Positions 16,936-25,527 of a stretch of DNA of 40,848 nucleotides are shown here, one piece after another. A model generated the notes under the pieces. The model was not told where the DNA came from, did not search any database, and worked only from the letters and a program-made list of their open reading frames with translations. Made by a program: the position numbers and the translations under genes. How positions within the stretch are numbered: the stretch's first letter is position 1; each line of letters starts with the position of its first letter. Origin of the DNA: an uncultured Candidatus Saccharibacteria bacterium. Its GTDB lineage: Bacteria; Patescibacteriota; Saccharimonadia; Saccharimonadales; CAZJQT01. The stretch lies in contig CAZWRJ010000005.1 in NCBI GenBank assembly GCA_964636215.1, positions 1 through 40,848 of the forward strand, given 5' to 3'.

Positions 16936-18087
16936 TCACAACAAATCGGCTGACTTCACCTTTTCTGCAGAACTGTAAGGTATTGAAAGTGTTTCTAGGA
17001 CGTTAAGGCCTCGTTTGAGCGTTGTCATGTCAGCACCGTAGGATAATCGGACAAAACCGTGCAGTCTCGAAAATGCCCGACCAGGCACAATTATTAGACC
17101 ATGCTCGCTGGCTTTATTTACGAATTCGACATCCGTGAGATCATCCGGCGCTTTTACGAATGCATAAAATGCTCCTTGCATCCCATGTACATCGTAACCA
17201 AACTCCTTTAGTTTTGTAGCCATAAGATCGCGTTTGGCATGATATTTATGTAAGACTTCTGGTCTCTTTGTAAGGGCAGCCAAGGCAGCATGTTGGGCAA
17301 TAGATGAGCTTGACATGACAGTGTACTGCAGTAATTCGTTTATTGCATCAACAATCTCGTAAGGACCAGTAATGTAACCGACACGCCAACCGGTCATACC
17401 ATATTCCTTAGAAAAACCGTTCAGAGTAATAGTGTTTGGATATATACTGCCGATGCTAAAATGTTTACCTTCATAAACAAAATGTTCATAGATTTCATCT
17501 GAAATAATTAAGATATTATGCTCTGCTGCCATGGCTGCAATCTTCCTAAGTGTGGCTTCGGAGTAGACAGCTCCAGTTGGGTTGTTTGGCGAATTAATAA
17601 CAATTGCCTTAGTTCGATTGGTAATGCTTGCCTCTAATGTGGGAAGGTCCGGTTGGAAAGTAGGAAGCGTTGAGACATACACAACATGAGCACCTACCAT
17701 GCTAGCAAGGTGTGGGTACGGAGGATAATACGGGTCAAAAACTACAATTTCATCACCTAGATCAAGTATTGCCAAATATACTAACAATTGTCCTGTGGTC
17801 AGCCCAGGTACTATAGTTACGGTCTCGGGAGTTGCTGGTATTTTGTTCTCTCGCACGAGCTTTTCGGCAAGAGCCTTTCGAAGTTCTAGTAGACCATTCG
17901 CGGGAGTGTAGGTAGTTTTGTTCTCCTGGATTGCCTTAATGCCCGCTGCCTTTATGTGTTCAGCAGTCAATTCCTCAGGTACCCCAATACTTAAATCGAT
18001 CGGATCTTTAAGCAGCATTTGCTTCTGCATGGCATCACGAAAGTCGCTAGAGTCAAAATAATTTAGTCGCTGGGATATAAATGACAT
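16936..18087 (-). CDS. class I/II pyridoxal-phosphate aminotransferase (aspartate/aromatic aminotransferase-like)
   Basis: INSPNNPTG and the PLP-lysine motif GFSKEYGMTGWRVGY; 383 aa. Confidence 0.85.
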   Translation of the reverse strand: MSFISQRLNYFDSSDFRDAMQKQMLLKDPIDLSIGVPEELTAEHIKAAGIKAIQENKTTYTPANGLLELRKALAEKLVRENKIPATPETVTIVPGLTTGQLLVYLAILDLGDEIVVFDPYYPPYPHLASMVGAHVVYVSTLPTFQPDLPTLEASITNRTKAIVINSPNNPTGAVYSEATLRKIAAMAAEHNILIISDEIYEHFVYEGKHFSIGSIYPNTITLNGFSKEYGMTGWRVGYITGPYEIVDAINELLQYTVMSSSSIAQHAALAALTKRPEVLHKYHAKRDLMATKLKEFGYDVHGMQGAFYAFVKAPDDLTDVEFVNKASEHGLIIVPGRAFSRLHGFVRLSYGADMTTLKRGLNVLETLSIPYSSAEKVKSADLL

Positions 18088-18195
18088 GTTTATTTTATAT
18101 AGTAAATACTGATAATATTCTACACTAATTAATTATAAATCGCAACTGTTGAACCTGCATGCTACATTTTAGTCGTAAGATGGCATAATACTAAC

Positions 18196-19719
18196 ATGAG
18201 TAAACTATTACTACCTCGTGGGTATCGAAGTGCAGAATTGCTGCACCACCGTTTTCACAATCAACCCGAAAATGTGTGGATCCAAAGAGGACGCGAACGT
18301 ACTCTTAAGCTTTTTCATCAGATGGCACATCGTGTACCAGCCTATAAAGAATTTCTTAAAAACAATCATTTTTCGCCGAAATCTGTGCAATCGACTAGAG
18401 ATCTTTCAAAAATTCCACCCATAAATAAAGATAACTACTTACGACAATATCCCAAAAGTATGTTGTGCTGGGATGGAGAATTTGGTCACGGTCAATGGGT
18501 AATTTCAACCACCTCGGGTTCGACTGGTCAGCCCTATTATTTCCCACGTGAAAATAGCCAGGATTGGCAATACGCTGTCACTGCTGAGCTTTATTTACGA
18601 AATAATTTTACGATTCAAAACAAAAGCACACTTTATATTGTGGCTTTTCCTATGGGGGCATGGATTGGAGGCTTGTTTACTTATGAAGCACTAAAATTGG
18701 TAAGCGAGCACGGAGGCTATGACCTAAGCATAATTACGCCCGGTATTCATAAGCAGGAAGTCATTAATGCAGTCAAACAGCTTGGTGGCGACTTCGATCA
18801 AATTATCATTGGCGCCTATGCGCCCTTTCTGAAAGATATCTTAGACGACGGTGTGCGAGAGGGAATTGATTGGAAGCAATATAATATCGGTTTTGTGTTT
18901 TCGGCTGAAGCTTTTACTGAAAAGTTTAGAGACTACGTTTTTAAAATAACCAGTCCTAAACGTCCATTATTAGCTACACTTAACCATTACGGAACGGTTG
19001 ATCTGGGTACCATGGCCCACGAAACTCCTGAATCTGTGTTAATCAGGCGGCTTCTAGTAGAAAACAACCAGTTGAGTACTCTGTTTCCCGAGGCTGTCCG
19101 TCAGCCAACCTTCGCTCAGTTTGATCCCGGATTGTTCTATTTTGAAGAAGAAAACCACAATCTATTTTGTTCGGCTTTTAGCGGTCTACCATTGGTTCGT
19201 TACGACCTCAAAGATTACGGCGGCGTGCTAAAGCGAAGCGAAGTACATAAAACGTTGAGTCAGGCGGGGATAGACATTGAGGCAGCTATCAAAAAAAGTC
19301 ACATTGAAGACACTACTTGGAATTTGCCGTTTGTTTATGTGTATGAGCGCAATGACTTTAGCGTAAGTTATTACGCCTTTTTAATTTATCCGGATATGAT
19401 TCGCCGAGCACTGCAAGTCGATGAATTGGGTGATTCCATAACTAGCAAATTCACTATGCTGGTGGATTACAGTAGCCAGGGTCGTCAGCAGCTAACAATA
19501 CACATTGAGCTTGGGCACGGAGTTAAATCGGAAGAGGCACTTGCTAATAAAATACAAACTACAATCCACGAACGACTTATCGAAGAGAGCTCTGAATATC
19601 GTGAAGTTGCGAAAACCATGGGTGATATCGTTAAACCGTTTATTAAACTTTGGCAATATGAGGATCCTACTTATTTCCGTCCGGGCACAAAGCAAAAATG
19701 GGTTGTGAAAGAAAAGTAG
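18196..19719 (+). CDS. PaaK/coenzyme-F390-synthetase-like adenylate-forming enzyme
   Basis: AMP-binding P-loop variant TTSGSTGQPYYFPR about 105 aa from the N-terminus. The size and layout fit the phenylacetate-CoA ligase / CapK superfamily. The substrate cannot be called. Confidence 0.7.
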   Translation: MSKLLLPRGYRSAELLHHRFHNQPENVWIQRGRERTLKLFHQMAHRVPAYKEFLKNNHFSPKSVQSTRDLSKIPPINKDNYLRQYPKSMLCWDGEFGHGQWVISTTSGSTGQPYYFPRENSQDWQYAVTAELYLRNNFTIQNKSTLYIVAFPMGAWIGGLFTYEALKLVSEHGGYDLSIITPGIHKQEVINAVKQLGGDFDQIIIGAYAPFLKDILDDGVREGIDWKQYNIGFVFSAEAFTEKFRDYVFKITSPKRPLLATLNHYGTVDLGTMAHETPESVLIRRLLVENNQLSTLFPEAVRQPTFAQFDPGLFYFEEENHNLFCSAFSGLPLVRYDLKDYGGVLKRSEVHKTLSQAGIDIEAAIKKSHIEDTTWNLPFVYVYERNDFSVSYYAFLIYPDMIRRALQVDELGDSITSKFTMLVDYSSQGRQQLTIHIELGHGVKSEEALANKIQTTIHERLIEESSEYREVAKTMGDIVKPFIKLWQYEDPTYFRPGTKQKWVVKEK

Positions 19720-19720
19720 C

Positions 19721-20809
19721 ATGGAAACTCCAGTAATCATTGCAGAGGGTGAAGTCGAACAATTTAAGTCTGCCCACAAAATTTGGCGCGAGATCGATAT
19801 ATATAAAGACCAGCTAGCTGAACTGTATGAGGTTAATTTTCCCGCCGCACAAAATGACGAAGTCAAAAAGGCGGCTTATATACAAGAAAGCACACCAGCC
19901 CAATGCTGGGCATATTTTCCCTGGTCAGGCGTACTACTTCGAACCGTTACGGAACCTGAGCTTTTTCAACTAAGAACCAACCGGAATAAAAACTTGCTGA
20001 CCCAAGAAGAACAAGAAAAATGCGGCCAAGCCTGTGTTGGGGTTTTTGGTTTGTCAGTCGGCAATAGTATTGCCGTTACGTTGGCCTATAGCGGGATCGG
20101 CGGGCAATTAAGATTGGGAGATTTCGATAAGATTTCCACGACCAACCTGAACCGTTTACACGCTAGCTTGAGCGATGTTGGTAGGCCCAAAATCCAAGTA
20201 GCCGCGCAACAAATTTGGGAACTGAATCCTTTTGCCAAACTAGATTTATTCGATCAAGGAGTTAAAGAAGCCGATCTAGCAAGGTTTTTTGGTGAACCAA
20301 AACCCCTTCTCGTTTTTGATGAAATAGACGACTTCCAAATGAAGATCAAACTTCGCCTTAAGGCAAAAGAAGAGCATATACCAGTCGTTATGCTTACTAG
20401 CCTAGGTGATAGCGTACTAATTGATGTTGAACGTTTTGACCTCGACCCAGGTACTACCCTATTCAATGGGCTGATAGGAGACACACCAGAAGAAATACTG
20501 CGCTCTGAAATTGGCGAGCGTGAAAAAATAAAGTACGCCATTGATCTGGTAGGCAGCGATTACATCCCGGCGCGTGCGTTGGAATCACTCTTTGAAATAA
20601 ACCGGACTCTTATTGGTAGACCACAGCTGGCCGGCACAATCATGATAGATGGCGGACTGGCTGCTTTTGTGGCTAGACAAATCATTCTTGGTCAATCTAT
20701 GCCAAGCGGAAGATATTATCTGTCGTTGGATAAAACATTTGGTATCAAAAATGATGATGGTGCCCATAAGTCAGCTGTCGCGAAACTTGATCAACTACTG
20801 GGAAGATAA
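19721..20809 (+). CDS. ThiF/MoeB/HesA-family E1-like adenylyltransferase (similar to the N-terminal half of Rv1355c)
   Basis: Rossmann/E1 nucleotide motif GVFGLSVGNSIAVTLAYSGIGGQLRLGDFDKISTTNLNR. It starts 2 nt after the upstream stop. Confidence 0.75.
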   Translation: METPVIIAEGEVEQFKSAHKIWREIDIYKDQLAELYEVNFPAAQNDEVKKAAYIQESTPAQCWAYFPWSGVLLRTVTEPELFQLRTNRNKNLLTQEEQEKCGQACVGVFGLSVGNSIAVTLAYSGIGGQLRLGDFDKISTTNLNRLHASLSDVGRPKIQVAAQQIWELNPFAKLDLFDQGVKEADLARFFGEPKPLLVFDEIDDFQMKIKLRLKAKEEHIPVVMLTSLGDSVLIDVERFDLDPGTTLFNGLIGDTPEEILRSEIGEREKIKYAIDLVGSDYIPARALESLFEINRTLIGRPQLAGTIMIDGGLAAFVARQIILGQSMPSGRYYLSLDKTFGIKNDDGAHKSAVAKLDQLLGR

Positions 20810-22698
20810 TGGATTTAACAAAACCAAACTACCAAGCCTGGCTAATAAATGAGAAGGATTACCCGAAGAGTGGGACGATCGAAGAGAAGATTTGGTTCAT
20901 AGTTGGCTATGGCATTTTGGCACCGTCAACCCATAACACTCAACCCTGGCTGTTTGAGGTTAATGACTATAGGTTATTTATTACACCCGACTCAAAATTA
21001 ATGCTGACCGGTGCTGACCCATCAGGTCGCAATTTACAGATAAGTTTGGGCTGCTGTGTTACTAACATATTAATTGCAGCTGCGTACTTTGGTTTTAGGA
21101 CAAAGGATAAGTGGGCAAAAGATGCAATTACTATTACCTTTGAAAAATATCAACCAAATCGATCAATTAAGGATCTGTTTGATGCTATGCCTCAAAGATA
21201 TTCCGACAAAATGCCTTATAAAAATAAACCACTCAAGGCTAATCACAGCGATCAACTCTTGCTTAACCTATCTGATTCAGGCGGCAGCCTAATTCTCTTT
21301 TCTGACAAAGAGGTAATCGACCAGATTGCAAGGAAACAAGCTGCAGCTACTCTGGGTTATAAAAATAATCGGGAATTTTTTGAGGAACTCAGTCATTGGC
21401 TTCAACCATCAAAAACAGAATCAGAGTATGGCATGCCTGGTTTTGTAGTAGGTCTGTCCAATGGACAATCGAAGATCTTCAAACCATTAATTCGTAAACT
21501 TAAGCCAACTGTTAAACTGTTAGCCAAAAAAGACCATACAGCTGTTGCTAGTAGTTCAGCTATTGGCTTTATATCTACACAAAATGATGCTACGCAAGAT
21601 TGGTATAATGCTGGGAAAAAATATGAGCGGCTTGCTCTGCATGCGACATCGCTTGGACTGGTTATGGCTCCAATGGCAGCCTTAATTGAGGATAAAGAAC
21701 AACGTGCTCAAGTTTCTAATACTCTCAAAATAGATGGCAACCCACAAATATTCTTTCGATTAGGATATAGTAAGCATAAGCCATATCACACGCCAAGACG
21801 AAGGGTTGGACATTCTGCAATGGAAACACAACGACAATTGATGAAAAACCTGGGGATAGCAGTTGAGTCTAATCGCATTAAAATAGATTCCTACGATATT
21901 AATTACATCGTAGCAGGTAGTGGCAAGCCTGTGCTTATGCTGCACGGGGCTAATATTGGTTGGGCTCAATGGTTTCAAAACATTGTGGAAATTTCTAAAT
22001 ACTTTAAGGTCTACGCCTTGGATATGCCTGGGGCAGGCAGTTCAACTAAAGTTAACTTCCACGAAACGAATTTCGAAAAGGATTATCTACGCATCGTCGA
22101 TAAGTTTATTATGAAAATGAATCTGAATAATGTGAATATTGTAGGAAGCTCTTTCGGAGGCTGGGTCGCATTAAGACTGGCAATCGAAAACAAACCTTAT
22201 TTAAATAAAATAGTTTTAACTAATCCTCTTGGTTTTACTACACATATGCCTTTGAGATTCAGGCCTGTGTCTCTCAGGCCTTTTGCTTTGTTCCTGAGTA
22301 AAACTGCATTAAAGCCTGTTCGCAAGAATAAAAATCTAGAAAAGTTTATGAGGGATGTTTTCTACGATAAAAATTTACCGTTGTCTAGTTTGTTCGTGGA
22401 CTACTTTTACGAACTATCAAAAACCTCACACAATATTTTGTTTATTAGTCGGTTGGCTCATCCTACCGGCATGCGTAAGGAGTTATTTCTAGGTAAAGAT
22501 TTATCTAAAATTTCTAAACCCGTATTTGTTATCTGGGGTAAGGAAGACCCTCTGATGCCGTTTAAGACTGTAGAAAAAAATATCCATCTCATACCGGGAG
22601 TCAAACTAGAGACTCTTGAAGAAGTAGGGCATATGCCTCCGGTTGAGGTTCCTACTAAATTCAATAAACTAACAATAAATTTTTTGAAAGATAAATAG
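20809..22698 (+). CDS. fusion protein: Acg-type nitroreductase-like FMN domain + alpha/beta hydrolase domain
   Basis: N-terminal half carries the LAPSTHNTQPW signature of Acg/Rv2032-type nitroreductases. C-terminal half has HGANIGW, the nucleophile elbow GSSFGGW and a C-terminal GHMPPVE. Its ATG overlaps the upstream TAA by 1 nt. Confidence 0.7.
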   Translation: MDLTKPNYQAWLINEKDYPKSGTIEEKIWFIVGYGILAPSTHNTQPWLFEVNDYRLFITPDSKLMLTGADPSGRNLQISLGCCVTNILIAAAYFGFRTKDKWAKDAITITFEKYQPNRSIKDLFDAMPQRYSDKMPYKNKPLKANHSDQLLLNLSDSGGSLILFSDKEVIDQIARKQAAATLGYKNNREFFEELSHWLQPSKTESEYGMPGFVVGLSNGQSKIFKPLIRKLKPTVKLLAKKDHTAVASSSAIGFISTQNDATQDWYNAGKKYERLALHATSLGLVMAPMAALIEDKEQRAQVSNTLKIDGNPQIFFRLGYSKHKPYHTPRRRVGHSAMETQRQLMKNLGIAVESNRIKIDSYDINYIVAGSGKPVLMLHGANIGWAQWFQNIVEISKYFKVYALDMPGAGSSTKVNFHETNFEKDYLRIVDKFIMKMNLNNVNIVGSSFGGWVALRLAIENKPYLNKIVLTNPLGFTTHMPLRFRPVSLRPFALFLSKTALKPVRKNKNLEKFMRDVFYDKNLPLSSLFVDYFYELSKTSHNILFISRLAHPTGMRKELFLGKDLSKISKPVFVIWGKEDPLMPFKTVEKNIHLIPGVKLETLEEVGHMPPVEVPTKFNKLTINFLKDK

Positions 22699-24890
22699 TG
22701 GACTTCGAAAGCTTTAGACTACCAGTCCTAATATTTACGGTAGCCATCAACAGCTTCTTGGCCACGGTTGTTTTTAAAAGTAATCGTAAGAATGCTACAA
22801 ACCAAATTTTTGGTATCTTGTCAGTGGTTACAACACTATGGCTTGTCGATGTCTACCTATCAGTCTCACCTACATTCATAAATGAAGGTTTACTTTGGGT
22901 AAGAATGAGCATATTTCTAGCATCAGCCCAGATACTCTTTTTTTATTTACTCGCACACACGTTGCCCCACCAAGAGCTTCAGTTAAAAGGCAAACCTCTA
23001 TATTTATTGGTAGCTGGGACCCTTGTTGTTATGGCTACAGCCATTTCACCTTTTGCCTTTACGGGAGTGAATATTATCAACTCACGAGTTGAAGCAATAC
23101 CAGGTCCAGGATTGCCGCTGTTCGTATTATTTGCAATCAGTCTAAGTTTCGCAGCCATTTATAAGCTTTTTAACAAGCTTCGAAATGCTTCTGGCCACGA
23201 GAGGAATCAATATAGCTATGTAGTGGTAGGTTTGGTGATGATGCTAGGTCTACTTATTTTTACAGTACTAATACCAGTCGCAGTTTTTAAAAACAGTCAG
23301 TTTGTTTCTCTAGCTCCCCTTTATACGATTATTTTCTTAGGGATGACGACCATAGCTATTATTAGGCACCGCTTATTCAACATAAGAAGAGTCATAGCCC
23401 GATCGGTGACCTATTTGTTGGTTCTTACTTCGTTTGTGCTTGCTTATACCGGTGCCGTGTTACTAGTCTCATACATCTTCTTCAAAGATTCACATATCGA
23501 TACCAGTCACCATATAACATACATTCTTTTGGCACTTACTTTTACACCAACTTTATATTGGCTGAAACATCAATTCGACAAGGTTACAAATCGGATTTTC
23601 TTTAAGGATGCATATGATCCTCAAGAAGTGCTTAATGAACTCAGCGGTGCAATAGTGGCTGAAATTGATTTACATCGAATTCTTAATAAAACGCGCCTCT
23701 TGTTAACCTCCGCGATAAAAAGTTCATTTGTCGAATTTGTACTACTAGAGGATGATCATCCAAAACTAGAAGTGTCTAAAAACTTTAGAGAGCAGGATCA
23801 TTTACGCGATATCAGCAAACATATGCAAGAGCAAAATAAAGACGTACTCATTACCGAAGAATTGACTGAATATCATAGTCTTAAGGACGATTTAATTAAA
23901 GACGGTGTCGCTATAAGCTTAAGACTCAAAACCCAACACCAAGTAGTTGGTTACGTATTATTCGGTGAGAAACAAAGTGGCGATGCATACAGTAAGCAAG
24001 ACGAAAAACTTCTTAGCATCGTGGCAAATGAGCTAGCAGTTGCAATCCAGAATGCTATGCGTTTTGAAGAGATCAAACAATTTAATGTCACCCTGCAGCA
24101 GAAAGTCGATATGGCCACAAAACAACTGCGCTTAACAAATGAAAAACTACGGGAAATTGACGCTACCAAGGATGAATTTATCAGCATGGCTTCTCACCAA
24201 CTCAGAACACCTCTCACTAGTGTTAAGGGCTATTTGAGTATGGTGCTAGAGGGTGATGCCGGTAAAGTTACGGGCACCCAACGTAAACTGCTGGACCAAG
24301 CTTTCACTAGCTCTCAACGCATGGTTTACCTGATAGCCGACTTGCTGAATGTTTCCCGACTCAAAACTGGTAAGTTTATTATAGAAACAACCCCAACTAA
24401 TTTAGCGGATATGGTGGAGGGTGAGATCAACCAACTTACAGAAACAGCCAAAGCACGTAAGCTGGTGCTTAGCTACTCCAAGCCCAAAAAGTTCCCAACT
24501 CTTATGTTAGACGAAACTAAAATGCGCCAGGTGGTTATGAACTTTGTCGACAACGCCATTTACTACACACCTAGTGGCGGACATATTGAAGTCAAGCTCT
24601 CGGAGGATGATAAAAATATTCAGCTAACTGTTGAGGACGACGGTATTGGCGTGCCTAAGGACGAACAGCCTCACCTGTTCGGAAAATTCTACCGGGCTGG
24701 CAATGCCCAGAAGGCCCGGCCGGACGGTACTGGGCTCGGACTTTTCATGGCTAAGAAAGTTGTGATTGCTCAAGGTGGGAATATTGTCTTTCATAGTGAG
24801 CCAGGCAAGGGCAGTACCTTTGGTTTTGCATTTGAAAAAGCAAAGCTGCTCCCTGTAGTTACCGAGCCCGAAACTGCTGTTGCCAAATAA
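22698..24890 (+). CDS. sensor histidine kinase (N-terminal 7TM sensor, GAF-like, HisKA, HATPase_c)
   Basis: About 7 hydrophobic helices in the first 290 aa. H-box SMASHQLRTPLTSVKGY, N-box NFVDNAIYYTP, G1 DDGIGV and G2 GTGLGL. Its GTG start overlaps the upstream TAG by 1 nt. Confidence 0.85.
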   Translation: MDFESFRLPVLIFTVAINSFLATVVFKSNRKNATNQIFGILSVVTTLWLVDVYLSVSPTFINEGLLWVRMSIFLASAQILFFYLLAHTLPHQELQLKGKPLYLLVAGTLVVMATAISPFAFTGVNIINSRVEAIPGPGLPLFVLFAISLSFAAIYKLFNKLRNASGHERNQYSYVVVGLVMMLGLLIFTVLIPVAVFKNSQFVSLAPLYTIIFLGMTTIAIIRHRLFNIRRVIARSVTYLLVLTSFVLAYTGAVLLVSYIFFKDSHIDTSHHITYILLALTFTPTLYWLKHQFDKVTNRIFFKDAYDPQEVLNELSGAIVAEIDLHRILNKTRLLLTSAIKSSFVEFVLLEDDHPKLEVSKNFREQDHLRDISKHMQEQNKDVLITEELTEYHSLKDDLIKDGVAISLRLKTQHQVVGYVLFGEKQSGDAYSKQDEKLLSIVANELAVAIQNAMRFEEIKQFNVTLQQKVDMATKQLRLTNEKLREIDATKDEFISMASHQLRTPLTSVKGYLSMVLEGDAGKVTGTQRKLLDQAFTSSQRMVYLIADLLNVSRLKTGKFIIETTPTNLADMVEGEINQLTETAKARKLVLSYSKPKKFPTLMLDETKMRQVVMNFVDNAIYYTPSGGHIEVKLSEDDKNIQLTVEDDGIGVPKDEQPHLFGKFYRAGNAQKARPDGTGLGLFMAKKVVIAQGGNIVFHSEPGKGSTFGFAFEKAKLLPVVTEPETAVAK

Positions 24891-24923
24891 CTTGTGCTTT
24901 CAAAACAATTATGTTTATAGTTA

Positions 24924-24952
24924 TTGACAAGTTGTGATGGTTGTGGTAGAAT
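24924..24952 (+). promoter_or_regulatory. near-consensus sigma70-type promoter (TTGACA-17 nt-TGgTAGAAT) with no ORF behind it
   Basis: TTGACA at 24924-24929, a 17-nt spacer, an extended -10 TG at 24944-24945 and TAGAAT at 24947-24952, all read directly from the sequence. Confidence 0.6.
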
Positions 24953-24955
24953 TTG

Positions 24956-25044
24956 GTCATCTTTGCGCGGAGCAAGGAGGTGGGTACATCTCAGGACCGG
25001 TGGATCTCTATAGGAGACCCGGGATGTTTCGTCCGCAAGATGAC
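24956..25044 (+). ncRNA. candidate structured RNA: ~89-nt imperfect long hairpin starting at the predicted TSS
   Basis: GTCATCTT (24956-24963) pairs with AAGATGAC (25037-25044). Further pairing GCG/GG with CCGC, CATC/GATG, CCGG/CCGG and an apical TCTC-TATAG-GAGA. It contains an orphan AAGGAGGTG. No known RNA family recognised. Confidence 0.35.
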
Positions 25045-25394
25045 ACCTTAACAAGTCAGATCATTACAGTTCATTTCTAGAGTTACTTTGATAGCTCTGA
25101 AATAAGCCTCCGGTAAGTTTACTAGAGGCGTTTTAGCGTTTTGGTAAATCAATGTAGATCAGCTAGTATCAGGCAGCTATAGCAAATGTGGTTAATATAC
25201 CACCTCTGTTAATAAGCATTACTGGTATTAGATGGTCTGCATTGGTTGAGTGGTATCAACTGATTGGTTGAGCTTTTTGCTCCCAACTGGTCAATATCTC
25301 CCAAACGCAGAACTGTGACAACAATTTACTTTCAAGATTCAAAGAAGTCTGGAGCAGCACTTTAATAGTCATAACTGGCTATTAGGGCGCTACT

Positions 25395-25419
25395 CCAGAC
25401 CCTTCCGGGCCTGGTTTTT
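25395..25419 (+). terminator. putative intrinsic terminator at the left edge of the high-GC island
   Basis: CCAGACCC-TTCC-GGGCCTGG (8-bp stem with one A/C mismatch) followed by TTTTT. Confidence 0.4.
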
Positions 25420-25527
25420 GCGGGAACATCTGACGCCGACGGCTTCTGCCTAAGCTGAGGATGGTCCTCGGGCCCCGCCCGGAACCTAAGTCCCCAATCA
25501 ACGACAGAAGAAAGGTAGGTGTTCGCC

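Noticed and set aside
24956-25044. Long hairpin considered as SRP (4.5S) RNA, RNase P RNA or 6S RNA
   Set aside because: A shared CCGGGATGT 9-mer with E. coli 4.5S RNA lies in a non-conserved part of that RNA. The invariant domain IV elements (GGAA tetraloop, AGCAGC strand) are absent. There is no GAGGAAAGTCCGGGC-type RNase P P4 motif, and the 5' and 3' ends do not form a 6S-like closing rod.
24791-25054. 87-aa minus-strand ORF spanning the kinase 3' end and the orphan promoter
   Set aside because: It overlaps the well-supported kinase CDS and the promoter/hairpin. It has no SD and an implausible composition, so it is most likely a chance ORF.
25188-25204. DnaA-box-like TGTGGTTAA inside a GTGGT-TAATAT-ACCAC hairpin, considered as an origin or iteron element
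   Set aside because: It is a single copy with one mismatch to the DnaA-box consensus and has no cluster of boxes, so it is not evidence for an origin.
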